A stretch of 64,000 nucleotides of DNA from Octopus vulgaris (Eukaryota), in NCBI GenBank assembly GCA_951406725.2, contig OX597820.1, forward strand, positions 18,972,001-19,036,000, in the 5' to 3' direction. The number at the start of each line of letters is the position of its first letter. Position 1 is the stretch's first letter. This document shows positions 49,924 to 64,000 of this stretch, one piece after another. The position numbers and the translations under genes are program-made. The notes beneath the pieces were generated by a model. That model had not been told where the DNA came from. It made no database searches and worked only from the letters and a program-made list of their open reading frames with translations.

Positions 49924-51464
49924 AAAATACTTTATCACACAAATTCACATAAAGAATCTTGCAAACCAAATACAAAAACGAAGTAATATAACTGAATTCT
50001 ATCAAAGGAAAGAAAAGAAAATCTGGAGAAGCTCACTTGATGAAATATAAAAAAAAAAAGACCACATAGTGCAAACAGGAAGTTTATAAAGTTAAACTTT
50101 GTTTCTCAGATAGGAGAGTGCTTAGTTACAGTTTCTGACCTCAAACAACAACATTATTTGAACTGTGGTTTAGGATTTGGTAGCAGTAAGCATTAAGGAG
50201 TACATCTCAAAGTAATTTGCAAACATCGTTTTGTTGCTATGACACTGGAGTTTGTCACAGCCCTCTTGCTCACCAGAACCAGTCAAAGTCTTTAAGGATG
50301 GAAAAACGACATCATCATCATCATCATCATCATCGTTTAACGTCTGTTTTCCATGCTAGCATGGGTTGGATGGTTCGACCGGGGTCTGGGAAGCCAGGAG
50401 GCTGCACCAGGCTCCAGTCTGATCTGGCAGTGTTTCTACAGCTGGATGCCCTTCCTAACGCTAACCACTCCGTGAGTGTAGTGGGTGCTTTTTACGTGCC
50501 ACCTGCACAGGTGCCAGGTGAGGCTAGCAACGGCCACGATTGGTTGGTGGTTTTTACGTGCCACCAACAAGGAAGCCAGTCAAGGCGGCGCTGGCATCGG
50601 CCACGTACAGATGGTGCTTTTTACGTGCCACCGGCACAGATGCCAGGGCAGGCTGGCAATGATAATAATGTACTTTGTCTATCTTAGTTTTAACATCTTT
50701 ATTTTGCAACAGGCATTGTTTCTGAAATATAAGCAATTGAACTTGGACATACAAGACAGCAAATAGGAGGTTGATATATTCATACAACTTTACCTGTTGT
50801 ATTGTTAACCACACCCTACTGCCTAACTTGAGACGCATCATTATCACTTTCTACTTGAAAGCTTTCATCTTCAACCGATATCTTCTAGTCATCTTCTAGA
50901 TATGTTTGATGAAATTCTCATTGATCTTCATCAGAATCTTTCAAAATTTTGCTGTATCTTATCATTTGTTAATAATCTTCACGTTTGTCTTTTCTCTCCA
51001 GAAGTGTTTGTGTGCAGTGAACTTTACGGTCGAAAACTCGAGGGGGGAGAAAAATAAACTAAAAATAACAGTTAAAATAGCACTTATCTGTGAACAGACA
51101 TTTATTTGTAAGCTGCCTAATTCTTCACCGATGACCTGTCTTTATTCTGATTAGCTGATCTATTTTTAATTTGACCTTATTTAATCACATGAGATTTACC
51201 AATTCCTGCTCTGTTGGGGAATTTAACTGAGCATTAAGTCTGTAACTCCCAGCAAACCTGGAATATGGCTCATATGGGTTTTGACTTGTTTAGTTTAGGC
51301 CGTGAGATGTTCATTATTATAGATTAAATATTTAAATCTTTTATGCCTTAAAAGTTCATTAATAAATTGATAAATAGCATTTAACAGTTTTTTACTTAAT
51401 GAAAAAAAAAAATTATTTCCACTTTCATTTTGCACTCTGCTTCAAATTAATAATAATATATATA

Positions 51465-51644
51465 TGATAGATCGTTAGCCACTACACACATTTTTTTCTC
51501 TCCTTGTTTTTTTCTGTGTCCCTTTCTGTAGAAGAGTGTAGGCTCGAAATGTAAAAGACTTTTTCTATTCCTGAGCGTTATACTAATACATCTGTTTGTT
51601 TTGTACACCACCTGTCTTTGTCTTTTGTTTTTTTCGTAAATTCT

Positions 51645-51647
<3 letters not shown>
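51465..51647 (+). mobile_element. Diverged hammerhead-bearing element in (TA)n
   Basis: CTTT CTGTAGA A GAGT GTAG GCTC GAAA TG TA AAAG at 51522-51557. The following CCTGAGCGT..TAATAC is shared with the 17181 family. Confidence 0.6.
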
Positions 51648-51680
<33 letters not shown>

Positions 51681-52278
51681 GTTTGTATGATTGTGTATAG
51701 AGGGATATATATTATTCAAAGAAATTCCAACTCTGTTTTTTATGTTTTATTAATATTCTTTATAATGTTAATGTAGAATATAGAATATATTAGTAAAAAT
51801 AGTATATATAGTAAAATGAAATGAAGTATTGATTGTCTTATTAAATATATATATATTGTTGGTAAGGTGGAGCTTGAAGCATACAAAGCTATAAGCAATT
51901 ACATGTAAATATTGGGTTAAATAACTTCTTGGCTAGGAAAAGTCAAAGGCTTCTCATGGGACTTGAACTTGCATCTCTTGTAAACTTGTCAAGCATTCCA
52001 CCATTGGACCAAAAACATTTTACTAACTTTATTCTTACCAGTGAGAATTGTATGTTGTTGACACCATAAGAATTTTTAAAGTTTGAATTCTCATTTTGGA
52101 AAGGTGCATCTTGAAGCAAGACAGTATTATAAACAACAGCTTGTCACTTTTTCTACTTTACATTTTTTTTTTTAGTTCAATGTTTACACACTATGGTATA
52201 TGGCTTTGTCTACTTCGAGACCACTTTCCAAGAATTATTTCACATTCTCTCAAAGTTTATAAAAATTCTTATGACAAT

Positions 52279-52448
52279 AGGTGCAGGAGTGGCTGTGTGG
52301 TAAGTAGCTTGCTTACCAACCACATGGTTCTGGGTTCATTCCCACTGCATGGCATCTTATGCAAGTGTCTTCTACTATAGCCTCGGGCCGACCAAAGCCT
52401 TGTGAGTGGATTTGGTAGACGGAAACTGAAAGAAGCCTGTTGTATATA

Positions 52449-52479
<31 letters not shown>

Positions 52480-52635
52480 GTATGTGTGTGTATATGTCTG
52501 TGTGTCTGTGTTTGTCCCCCCCCCCCAGCATCAGTTGACAACATCGCTTGACAACCGATGCTGGTGTGCTTATGTCTCTGTAACCTAGCGGTGCTCCAGC
52601 ATGGCCGCAGTCAAATGACTGAAACAAGTAAAAGG
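52279..52635 (+). mobile_element. SINE family A with internal deletion
   Basis: Family motifs. Confidence 0.85.
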
Positions 52636-53477
52636 AAAAGGAATCAACAAAATAAATTTAAAAATTTTCACAAGACTTGTGTTGAATGGATAACAACAAT
52701 TGGAAATAAATTTTACTGAGAAATATCTTAATAACATCAAAACTACTTCAGAAAAATTTGTGTACATGAGGATGTGTATTGACCCCAAACATGCAGATTA
52801 TGTATTCAAACCAGCCATATTCAGCCCATATATATTCTACCTGTTTTATGTTGAAACTGGCCAGATCTGGCCATCACACTTATCCTGCAATGTGATTCTA
52901 GAAATAAGCAATCACGTCATCGAAATCATGAAGCTATGAGATAATACATGATTAATTCAAAACATTGTGAATAAATAAGCTTTACATTCGACAGAAATAT
53001 CTGAATGCTAAAGGGTCAAATCTCGTACACATCTAAGTATAATGGAAACTGGGTCAAATTTGAAAGATTCTTGCTTCTTGCCTCCATAAATTGTCCGTAT
53101 TTATTACCCTAGTGCTGGAAGAGAAACACTTGCCTACATGTTAAATAATGTTTTGTGAAATGCATTTAATAATAGCACTGAGCAGCACTACAATGGCCAG
53201 CCTTATTTTGGGAAAGTCAATTCTTGATTTTGCATTCTTCTTTTGTTTTTGTTTTCGCTGTGTGTAGTGATAGCTGATGCCATGTATAGACTGACTATGA
53301 AATTCCCAAGACTTTGAGATTCGGAATAAGAATCTTATGACTGCTGATTGTATTCCTCTGCCATTGAATAAAATAAAATTCTCTGTGTGGCCCTTTCATA
53401 CATTAATCTGATAATTACTTCTTCGTTCGTTTAATCTACGACTATCTTGCAAATTTTTCATTTAATCAAATTTATCC

Positions 53478-53478
53478 A

Positions 53479-53521
<43 letters not shown>

Positions 53522-53643
53522 TTAATAATAATATAATAATAATGATAATAATAATAATAATAGTAATAATGATAATAATAATAATAATAGTAGTAATAAT
53601 AATAATAATAATAATAACAACACAAACAATAATGAAGACGAGG

Positions 53644-53680
<37 letters not shown>

Positions 53681-53688
53681 TAATAAAA
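53478..53688. repeat. (AAT)n microsatellite
   Basis: Directly visible. Confidence 0.97.
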
Positions 53689-53879
53689 AAATATTTTGAA
53701 ATATTCATTGGTTACAAAAGAGTTTTAACACTACAAATAGTAGATGAAATGAAAAACATTGTTAATGTTTTATTCTTCTGTAAAATTTTGACTATTATCT
53801 CTCTCGCAATGTAAACTACATTTTTTTCTTTTTCTTTTTTTTTTTTTTTAAATTCAATTTTTCAATATCAGTTGTCTTA

Positions 53880-54760
53880 CTTTTATCGTTTGCTTGTTTC
53901 AGTCATTAGACTGTGGCCGTGCTGGAGCACACTGTCTTGAAGGGTTTTAATTGAACAAATCGACCTCGGGATTTTTGTTTGTTTTTTAAAGCCTGGTACT
54001 TATTCTGTCTCTCTCTTTTGGCGAACTGCTAAGTTACAGGGACATAAACACACCAAAACCTATTGTCAAGCAGTGGTTGAGGGACAAACACAGACACAAA
54101 GACACACACACATGGATATATACATATGTATATACAGTGGGCTTCTCTCTGTTTCTCACAAGGCCTTGGTCAGCCCAAGGCTATAATAGAAAACACTTGC
54201 CCAAGATGTTACACAGTGGGACTGAACCCAGAACCATGTGGTTGGGAAGCAAGCTTCTTACCACACAGCCACACCTATGCTCATGATGTATAATTTAAAG
54301 TTATGATTCTTTTATTCTTTTACTTGTTTCAGTCATGTGACTACGGCCATGCTGGAGCACTGCCTTTACTCGAGCAAATCGACCCTAGGACTTATTCTTT
54401 GTAAGCCTAGCACTTATTCTATCAGTCTCTTTTGCCAAACCGCTAAGTTACGGGGACGTAAACACACCAGCATTGGTTGTCAAGCGATGTTGGGGGAGGA
54501 CAAACACATACATGCATGCATGCATGCATACATGCATACATACATACATACATACATACATACATACATACATACACATACATACATACATACATACATA
54601 CATACATACATACGTACGTACGACGGACTTCTTTTAGTTTGCATCTACCAAATCCACTCACAAGGCTTTGGCCGAAGACACTTGCCCAAGGTGCCATGCA
54701 GTGGGAATGAACCCAGAACCATGTGGTTGGTATGTAAGCTACTTACCACACAGCCACTCC
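53880..54760 (-). mobile_element. Two SINE A copies; the second carries a (CATA)n internal tract
   Basis: Family motifs at 53880-54280 and 54308-54760. Confidence 0.82.
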
Positions 54761-55857
54761 TTTTATACATATGTATGAAATATAGTAAATTTTTCAATCA
54801 TAAAATTTAGACAATATTCGTATGCCTATTTGCGACATAAGTCAGACTTGAACAGAAATCGTCCAATTTGAAGGGAAATGTTGTTTTCATTATAAAACAT
54901 ATATTGCTAGGTTTGTGCCACCCCATTGAACCCCAACTACTCTCTAGCTGAAAAATCTAGAATACCTCACAAGTAATATAAAGGCAGTGTTAATTAAGAT
55001 GTTACCTGTTAATTTAGCGTCTTAAACTTACCTATATTAATGCATATTGAATTATACATGGATACATACAAGATTTACACAGGTATGAGAGTTAGAACTT
55101 GTGATCCACCTGCGAACCTTTTTCTGAAGAAATTTTTACCTGCCTTTCTAAAAAGTTTCCCCACCCTTGGTGTAGACTGTTGGAGAAAAGAGTACTCTAT
55201 CCCATAGAGATCAATAATAACTTTATTTTGGTCATACTTGAGTTTCACCTCTGTATGGGAGTACATGTATATGTATATATATTTTTTCCTGTGCTTGTGA
55301 AAGTTTTGTATCTCTGCTGTAAGGCTTCATTTCCACACACACCAGCTGAATTCAATTCATCCCCTGTCGAAAGACACCTGTTGTTATGTCCCGTTATTAT
55401 TATGATTTTTATTGTATTTTGTATTTATATTCGTGTAACATCGTCTGTTTTTCCGTCCTTGTTTTCGTATACATTCGCTGCTTTCTTCCAAGGAATCTAA
55501 TGCTCTTAGCTTAATTTTTCCTTGGGGCTGACCAGATTGGAGCAATCTCAAGATTAATCAGCTGAAATTGCGAGGATGATCCAGTTCTTGACTGAGGATA
55601 GAAAGCTTCGAATGACCCGTCCTTGTTTTTTTTGTATCGTCTATCTGGATGTTTTGTTGTCCCTTTTTGTATCACCTAGCTGTCCGGATGTTTTGCGTTC
55701 TTGTCCCATATATATCTATCATCATCATCATATAACGTCCGCTTTCCATGCTAGCATGGGTTGGACGGTTCAACTGGGGTCTGGGGAGCCCGAAGGCTGC
55801 ACCAGGCCAGTCAGATCTGGCAGTGTTTCTACAGCTGGATGCCCTTCCTAACGCCAA

Positions 55858-55888
<31 letters not shown>

Positions 55889-55990
55889 GTGTGTATATAT
55901 ATATATATTTGTTTGTTTTCCACCTGCCTTCGTCTTTTGTTTATTTTCATAAAGCTTCCCGTTATATATATATATATGTGTGTGTGTGTA

Positions 55991-56044
<54 letters not shown>

Positions 56045-56653
56045 TAAAAGACATTTAATTAATTTTGTTCTCTGTTTCCAGTGATATTGTGGTCTAATTC
56101 TTTTGTTACATGTGGTCCGTTGATACACACATCCATTTATATTCACACACACACACACACACACATGAAAGAAATAGAAACAAAATTGTGATTTAAATAA
56201 GTTAGCCTTGACAGGGAGAGAGAGAGAGACAGAGAGGGGGGAGAAAGCCATATTTACCAATATTTATATGTAAAGACAGAATTTTCATTTTTGGAAAAAG
56301 CTTCAGTTTCTGGATATTTTTCTTTTGTCATTTTCTTCTGGAACTGCCTCAAAATTTATCATTAAATTGTTTTCCTATTTATTATCTAAATTCTATTTCA
56401 TCTGAATTGAAAAGTTAAGGTGACCTTCCTGACTGTCACGATGCAATTTTTGTATTCTTTGAGCATTTTACCTATAACAATCAATAACCAATATATATAT
56501 ATACATACACACACAGTATATATATATATACATACATACAGTAGATATATATATATATGTATATATATATAATATATTTATTTACATATATACATATACA
56601 TATATAGTATAGTTATTTACATATATATACATATACATACATATATATATATA

Positions 56654-56709
<56 letters not shown>

Positions 56710-56772
56710 CTGTTTATATATATATGAATAAGTATATATATGTGCGTGTGTTTTTGTATATGTGTATGTATG

Positions 56773-56832
<60 letters not shown>

Positions 56833-57462
56833 CATACTGATTTATTATATTGTATTATTCTGATTGTTAAAGCTCATATATTATGACTGCAACAGAATCG
56901 ATAATTATATTTATTTAAATTACAATTCTATTTCTTATAAAGCCAGTTCGCTTGTCACTTAGAGCTTAAATTCTTATTTATTTCATTTTGTTTTTTTTTT
57001 TTTTCTTTTTCTTTTTGTTTTAAAATTTTCTGACAATACATTCCTTCTAGAATTTAAATCATTTCCCATAGTTGTGCATTTCTTTCAATTTGTGCCAGTG
57101 ATGGACCATCTATGCATTTGCTCAACATGCTAGAAATAGCAACCAAATCTTGGCCAGTCGTATATGACTGTCTTAAAAGAAAAGAAGGGCGAAATGCACT
57201 TTAGATAATGTGATCCCATGTATTATCGTACCTGGAAATAAAATTTTTGATCATCATAGATCTACCCGATCAAGACTTACCTGGAGCTAAGAAAAATAAT
57301 AATTACTGGAACTAGTATTGTCTGTGAGTATGAATGAAAATGTGCAAGAGAGAAGACTTTGTTGCTATGGTTACGTGATGTGTATGGATGAAGACAGTGC
57401 ATCAAGAGATGCTGATCTCTAACTGTGGAGAGGATGTGTGGAAAGGGTAGACCTAGAAAGAT

Positions 57463-57821
57463 GATTTTTTTTATTACCCACAAGGGGCTATACACAGAAT
57501 GGGACAATACAAACAAGACAAGCATAAACTCGGGGAACTTAAAATACAAAAGGAAGATGAATCAAGACGAAAAAATTAAAGAAAACGAATGAAAATATGA
57601 AAAGATATAAACGAAGCACAATGCCCACTCGACTCCCGAAGTCGAGTGGTTACATTTCGACAATTTTTTTCTTTTTCGTAAATGAATTTCACAAAAATTA
57701 CAATCAAATTTTTCTTTTTAGTCTCTCATAGTCCATTTTGGTAGGTGGGCTTTCGTGTAGCCGACACCATTTCACCAGTTTTATGTTCTTTGCGAAGCCC
57801 TCCATGAATTTGTCGTAACTA
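57463..57821 (-). mobile_element. 5'-truncated poly(A) retro-insertion with a 17-bp TSD inside an RTE fragment
   Basis: GGTAGACCTAGAAAGAT at 57446-57462 and 57822-57838. The minus strand ends AGCCCCTTGTGGGTAATAAAAAAAA. Host RTE remnant (GRPRKIWDKVVRKD) spans about 57330-57950. Confidence 0.85.
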
Positions 57822-59011
57822 GGTAGACCTAGAAAGATCTGGGACAAAGTGGTGAGAAAGGATCTTCAGATGTTGGGCCTTAAAGAGGAAATGACAAAGG
57901 ACTGAAACTTCTAGGGGTTTGCTGTTTGAGAAGACACATCAAGCTAAGTAAAACCCTGTTCATCCATGCATACAGCCATGTCCTCTATGTCCCTTTCTTG
58001 TCTGAGAGGTCCCAGTCTTGCGGGGTTTGTAGGTGCTGCTGCCACATAACAATGGCCTGTGCTGGTGTCATGCTGATGCCAGTGGCATGTAAAAGGCACT
58101 CATCGAATATTGGGCAATGGTAAGTGACCAGGACCTTTGATGATATTCCTTGCTTAAGAAGACCTGAGAAGCCAAGTGAAATTGTAGTTGTGGCCAATGC
58201 TGGTGTCACGTAAATGGCACCTGTGCCAGTCACATGTAAAAAGTAACTGTTACAATCTTGGAGTGGTTGGCATTAAGAAGGGCATCCGGTCACTGAAACC
58301 ATGCCAAATCAGATTGGAACTTGGTGTGGCCTTACAGGTTACCAGTTTCAGTCAAACTATCCAACCCATGCTAGCATGGAAAGCAGACACTAAATGATGA
58401 CAATGAGGGTGATGATGATGATACACTCTGTAAAAGTGGTTGGTGTTGAGAAGAGCCTCTTGCCATAGAAACCATGCCAAAACAGACAAATGGATGTTGG
58501 ACAGCTCTCTAACTGACCAACTCCTGTTAAACAATCCAACCCATGCCAGCATGGAGAACAGATGTTAAATGATGATGAAGATCTTCTATACCTGCATGTG
58601 TATAGATGGAATTTGTGGAGGAACACTTCTTATGGCCCGGTACCCTTCTTTTTTCCAACCCTCATCTGTTTTCCTAGTGAAGTAATATTTTTCAATAACC
58701 AGACATGTTTTTCAAGAAAGTCTGGAAACGAATAATAACTTTGTATGGCAGTGATGTTCATTTACAACCATCACATGATGCCAAGATATGGGTACACACA
58801 CAAAACACACACACACACACACACACACAAATGATGGACTTCTTTCGCTTTCCATCTACCAAATCCACTCACAAAGTTTTGGTCAGCCTGGGGCTATCGT
58901 AGAAGATATTTGATCAAGGTCCACATGTGGGACTGAACCCAAAATTACATGACTGGAAAGCAAGCTTCTTAACCTCACAGCCATACCTATATCTACTACA
59001 AAATATTATAA

Positions 59012-59403
59012 TCACTATATATATAAAGCTGAAGTTGTCTGTGTATGGCAGGTCTGGTAGCCTTCAACTAACACTATCTTCTGCGAGACCTTGCGGCGCA
59101 AGTTGACCAAAATTGAGAGTATGATAGAAGAAGGCTTACTCTTCCTTCAGTAGAAGAAAAATTTCAAATCGGACCATGTTAATACCAAAAATTATTTACA
59201 TCAAAAAGGTGCTTTTTTTCTATGACTATCCCTATTTTTTACGATTTTTTTACTGCTATATCGCCATTTGTTGGTGTATTTCAACCAGAAAAATGTTCAC
59301 TTAAAGAGAATAACAAGCTACATAATGCAAAATTTTTACTTTTCAAAAATTCCAATTCTAAAGGGTCGAAACAAACCCGAGCAACGCCGGGCGATACTAC
59401 TAG
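59012..59403 (+). mobile_element. Non-autonomous Helitron-like element
   Basis: A|TC ... CCCGAGCAACGCCGGGCGATACTACTAG|T; 3' end shared with 19491-19525. Confidence 0.72.
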
Positions 59404-60279
59404 TAAAATATAAAACCAAAATTACATTATACTATATTATGATATATTATAATAAAATATCTTATATATGGAAAATTATAATATCTTATACAAGCAAAAT
59501 TTTGTTAACATTGTAATGGAAGCAATAATGTTCATACTCAAATGAGAATGCTTAGCTAACAAAAAAAGATGTCACTAATCCTGTATACATTTGGATGAAG
59601 CTAAACCTGATGATAAAGATGAAGAATTTGTGATGGCATTGTCAATGGTATTACACAATATTGAAAGAAAGACCTAGTTTATCCTTCAATCTCCTCCTTA
59701 AGCAGAATTTCAAACTGCATATTAGCTGGTAGTTTTCAACTTAAGTCTACTCAGTACGGAGCTGCGTTTATCATGATGTCATCTTCCTACATTTTTATCT
59801 AAACTGAATGACATTTTTGACAATAACAGAGTGAAAACAAACACGTACGCACAAACAAAAAAGGAAATCAAGAACAAACAAAAAAAAAAAGAGAGGAATT
59901 CACAGATAAAAGGGGAGCGAAAAAAAATAAATGTTGACAAGTTTAATAAAATACAATCAGCAGATAACCAGATAACCCGTGAAAACTATACAAGATTAAA
60001 ACAAACAACAAATGTATTTTTACTCTGAAAAATTCTGTGAAGAGTTTTCAAGCCAAGTTATATAGCAAAACTACAAAACTATAAATTCTGTCAGCTTACT
60101 GTAAATACAATTCAGGCCAAAACTTATGTCATGCAGAGGCAACTTGCAGCCCTCAAGTTTCTAGTTTACTAATTTGCAGCCATAAGAGTAGTGACATCTC
60201 AAATTCTACCTAATATTGAAAATATGGTAAAGAATGTGAATGTGCAAAAATCACATTGAGATAGATAATGAAATTTGTA

Positions 60280-60720
60280 CCTTGACATACTCTACGGAGA
60301 GCTTGCTAGGGGTACTAGGTCTGTGGGTAGATCGCTCTTACGTTACAAGGATGTTTGCAAAAGGGACATGAAGGCCTGCAACATCAATATTAGCGGTTGG
60401 GAGGCAGTTGCCAGCAACCATGGTGACTGGCGACGTGCCGTAAGAGAGGGAATACAAAGGAGTGACAGAGAGAGAGAGAGGAGAAATGGAAAGACAAGAA
60501 AAGACGTCAACAAGAAACTATGAGATTACAACCAGCCAGGAACAGTCTTCGCTACATTTGCGGCACCTGCCAGAGGGAGTGTTTGTCCAGGATAGGACTA
60601 CACAGCCACAGCAGGAAATGTATCAGGACATGAAATGTAAAAGCCGGACTAGACTACTTTATGCGCAACTCCATTGTCTCCTGAGACAAAAAGGATGCCA
60701 TCCAATAAAATATCAATTAA
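60280..60720 (+). mobile_element. RTE-BovB-like LINE 3' end
   Basis: DILYGELARGTRSVGRSLLRYKDVCKRDMK..WRRAVREG, then a C-terminal CGTCQRECLSRIGLHSH zinc-finger-like segment. Confidence 0.85.
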
Positions 60721-61099
60721 TTTTTTTTTTTTTTTGACCTCAATATTTTAAACTATAATTTATTTATAGTAGTAATCATCATTATTATCATTAGGAAATA
60801 ATGAGAGATGCCAGCTAAATGTAAACTAAGACAAATGAAATTAAGAAGAACTGCAAAAAATTCAGTGTGAAGCAGGCAAGTAATAGTTCCTGCATATGTG
60901 TTTTGTCATATGGCCCTCTCCCACTTGGAATTGATACAATGTGGTCCCCAGTTTGCAAAAAGTTGTCCATCCCTGACTTATGAATTTGTTATTTTAGATT
61001 TTTAGGTTGATATCTTAGAAATGTAATTAATATAAAATTTATAAATTTTACAACTTGGAGGAATACAGTGAGAAAATATTTATAAACCAATTATGGTTC

Positions 61100-62360
61100 T
61101 TTTATCTGTTTTGCTTGTCTCGTACATTGGACTGTGGTCATGCTGGGGCACCACCTTGAAAGGTGAGTTTTTGTCAAACAAATCAGTCCCAGTACCTTTT
61201 TTCTTTGTTTAGTTTGGTTGTCTTTTTTTTCGGTCTGTTACTTATTCTGTCAGTCTCTTTTGCTGAACCACTGAGTTACAGGACATAAACAAACCAACAC
61301 TGGTTGTTAAGCAATGGGGGACAAATGGAGAAAAAATCACACACACACACACACACCAATTTATCTGTCTGTCAATCCATCCATCCGTGGGTGTGTTTGT
61401 GTGTGAACAAAAAGAAGGCTTCCACACAGTTTCCATAATTCACTCACAAGGCATGGATTAGACCAGGGCTATAGTAGAAGATACTTGCCCAAGGTGTCAG
61501 GCATTGGGCCTGAACCTGGCACTCCATCGGTTCCAGTTGATTCTATCAATGGAACAGCCTGCTTGTAAATTAACATGACAATGGCTGAGTACTCCTAAGA
61601 CATGCATACACAGAACATAACAGGGTGGACCTTTTTGAATTACTGTTACAACTCACTTTCGCCAGCCAAGCAGACTGGAGCAATAGGAAATGAGGTGTCT
61701 TGCTCAAGGACATAACACGCTACCAGGAATTGAACTCATGACGTAACAGTTATGAGCCGAACACCCTAACCACTAAGCCACCTGCCTTCACTTCAGGCAT
61801 TGGGACTGAACCTAAAACTCCTGTTTGGAAACCATTCATCCACGCCTGCTTCTATAATCATATTTAATATGATTATGCGGCGAGCTGGCAGAAACGTTAG
61901 CACGCCGGGCGAAATGCGTAGCCGTATTTCATCTGCCGTTATGTTCTGAGTTCAAATTTCGCCGAGGTCGACTTTGCCTTTCATCCTTTCGGGGTCGATA
62001 AATTAAGTACCAGTTACGCACTGGGGTCGATGTAATCAACTTAATCTGTTTGTCTGTCCTTGTTTGTCCCCTCTGTGTTTCGGTTTGGTACTTATTCCGT
62101 CAGTCTCTTTCGCTGAACCACTGAGTTACAGGACATAAACAAACCAACACTGATTGTCAAGCAGTGGGGGACAAATGGAGAAAAAAATCACACACACACA
62201 TGCACCAATTTATCTGTCTGTCAATCCATCCATCCGTGTGTATGTGTGTGTATGTGTGAACAAACAGAAGGCTTCCACACAGTTTCCATAATTCACTCAC
62301 AAGGCATGGATTATCCCAGGGCTATAGTAGAAGACACTACTTGTGGGTAGTAAAGAAATA
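61100..62360. mobile_element. Nested SINE cluster: A (minus), D-like (61525-61792, minus), B (61878-62360, plus)
   Basis: Family motifs; 62081-62338 duplicates 61230-61485. Confidence 0.75.
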
Positions 62361-62733
62361 TATAACCATATTTAATAGTATTTATTTTATCGACACCAGG
62401 AGGACAAAAGATTTAGTTAAAACTCCAAAAGGATTTGAACTCTGACCAGTGAGGTACCAGATGCCATTATGAAATGCATATTCAGGTATTCAACAGTCTT
62501 GGCTTCTTTCCACGGTGTTCTTCATTAACCGTGTATAGTGAGAAAGTAGCAACGAGTTGTTGAATGTTGGTTTAATGAACACATCATGCTGGTTTTCTTC
62601 GTTTAAATGAAAAGTTGCTTAATTGTGGATAATGATCATATTAATTGAGTCGATCGCCAAAAACAAGAAATTTAACGTCATGTCAAGTAACTGAAGTGAA
62701 AGTCAAGATTACGGTTATAGGCATGCAAAGATT

Positions 62734-62734
<1 letters not shown>

Positions 62735-62779
<45 letters not shown>

Positions 62780-63735
62780 CACATACACAAATATATATTT
62801 ATATGTATATATACATATTTAAATACATATATGCATATATATATATATATACACGCATATACACATATATATACACACATATAAGATGTATATATACATA
62901 CCTATGAATATATATATGTGTGTATATATAGATGTATATATATGTGTGTGTATATATATAGGATGTATATATATATATGTATATACATATATATGTGCAT
63001 ATATATATGTGCATATATATATGTATATATATACATAAATATATGTATATATATACATAAATATATGTATATATATGCATATATATACATATATATGTAT
63101 ATATATATATACATATATATGTATATATATATATGTATATATATGTATATGTATACATATATATGTATATATGTATACATATATATGTATATATGTATAC
63201 ATATATATGTATATATGTATACATATATATGTATATATGTATACATTTATATGTATACATATATACGTATATATATACATATATATGTATATGTATACAT
63301 ATATATGTATATATATACATATATATGTATATGTATACATATATATGTATATGTATACATATATATGTATATATATACATATATATGTATATGTATACAT
63401 ATATATGTATATGTATATGTATATATGTATACATATATATGTATATATGTATACATATATATGTATATATATACATATATATGTATATGTATACATATAT
63501 ATGTATATGTATACATATATATGTATATATGTATACATATATATGTATATATGTATACATATATATGTATATATGTATACATATATATGTATATATGTAT
63601 ACATATATATGTATATATGTATACATATATATGTATATATATACATATATATATGTATATACATATATATATATGTGTATGCACACACACACACACACAT
63701 CTATCTATCTATCTATCTATATATATATATATGCA
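62735..63735. repeat. Kilobase TA-rich compound repeat with ~20-22-nt periodicity
   Basis: ATGTATACATATATATGTATAT-type units iterated from about 63120 to 63670. Confidence 0.95.
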
Positions 63736-64000
63736 TTCATTCAGTGTATAGGACAAATTGGTTGACTAATTAAAAATCATAAACTTTGATCTTCGTAAGC
63801 TCAGTGTTTCACATAGTGATAAATTAGCTTTTAGATGAACATAAAAAAAGAAAATAAAAGAAAGCTGAAATATTACTGAATGAACTGCTTACTATATTTA
63901 CCATTGAGCAATTAGACAACTTGGAGGAATATAGTAAGAAAATATTTATAAATCTTATTATGTGGATAATGAATCTCATACATCAGGCTAGTTATCAAAA

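Noticed and set aside
51944-52016. tRNA-like A and B boxes on the minus strand (also SINE heads at 42013 and 6520-6583)
   Set aside because: No convincing cloverleaf or anticodon arm; best read as SINE heads or decayed copies.
57270-57305. Minus-strand pyrimidine tract followed by CAG|GTAAGT, resembling a recursive splice site
   Set aside because: Appears to lie in a decayed repeat. The similar TTTTCAG|GTGAGT near 14840 is inside a SINE. No independent support.
62799-63773. Long ORFs of up to 299 aa here and at 26232-27277, 42739-43375 and 12725-13438
   Set aside because: Translations of TA/TG/CA microsatellites that lack stop codons by composition.

Overview
AT-rich, repeat-saturated eukaryotic non-coding DNA, probably a long intron or intergenic tract. 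The SINE complement and the dense (TA)n/(CA)n/(ATT)n/(ATC)n microsatellites point to an octopus genome; this is an inference from recalled repeat families, not a database match. I can support no intact protein-coding gene, and nearly all ORF-track entries are microsatellite or SINE artefacts. Recognisable content: four abundant SINE-type families (here A-D), a deleted Gypsy element, a mariner remnant, several RTE-type LINE fragments, Helitron-like and TTAA/hAT-type MITEs, long foldbacks and two repeat-derived tandem arrays. The most interesting signal is a set of about eight minimal hammerhead-ribozyme-like cores (CUGANGA...GAAA) in short ORF-less elements. These have direct or inverted terminal repeats, mostly sit at (TA)n tracts, and resemble Penelope pLTRs or retrozymes. 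Also notable: a TSD-flanked poly(A) retrocopy sharing its 3' tail with SINE B (candidate partner LINE), a distant-branch-point splice arrangement near 21.8 kb, and recurrent G-U-rich plus-strand hairpins in unique sequence. Coordinates were read by eye and repeat edges are approximate.
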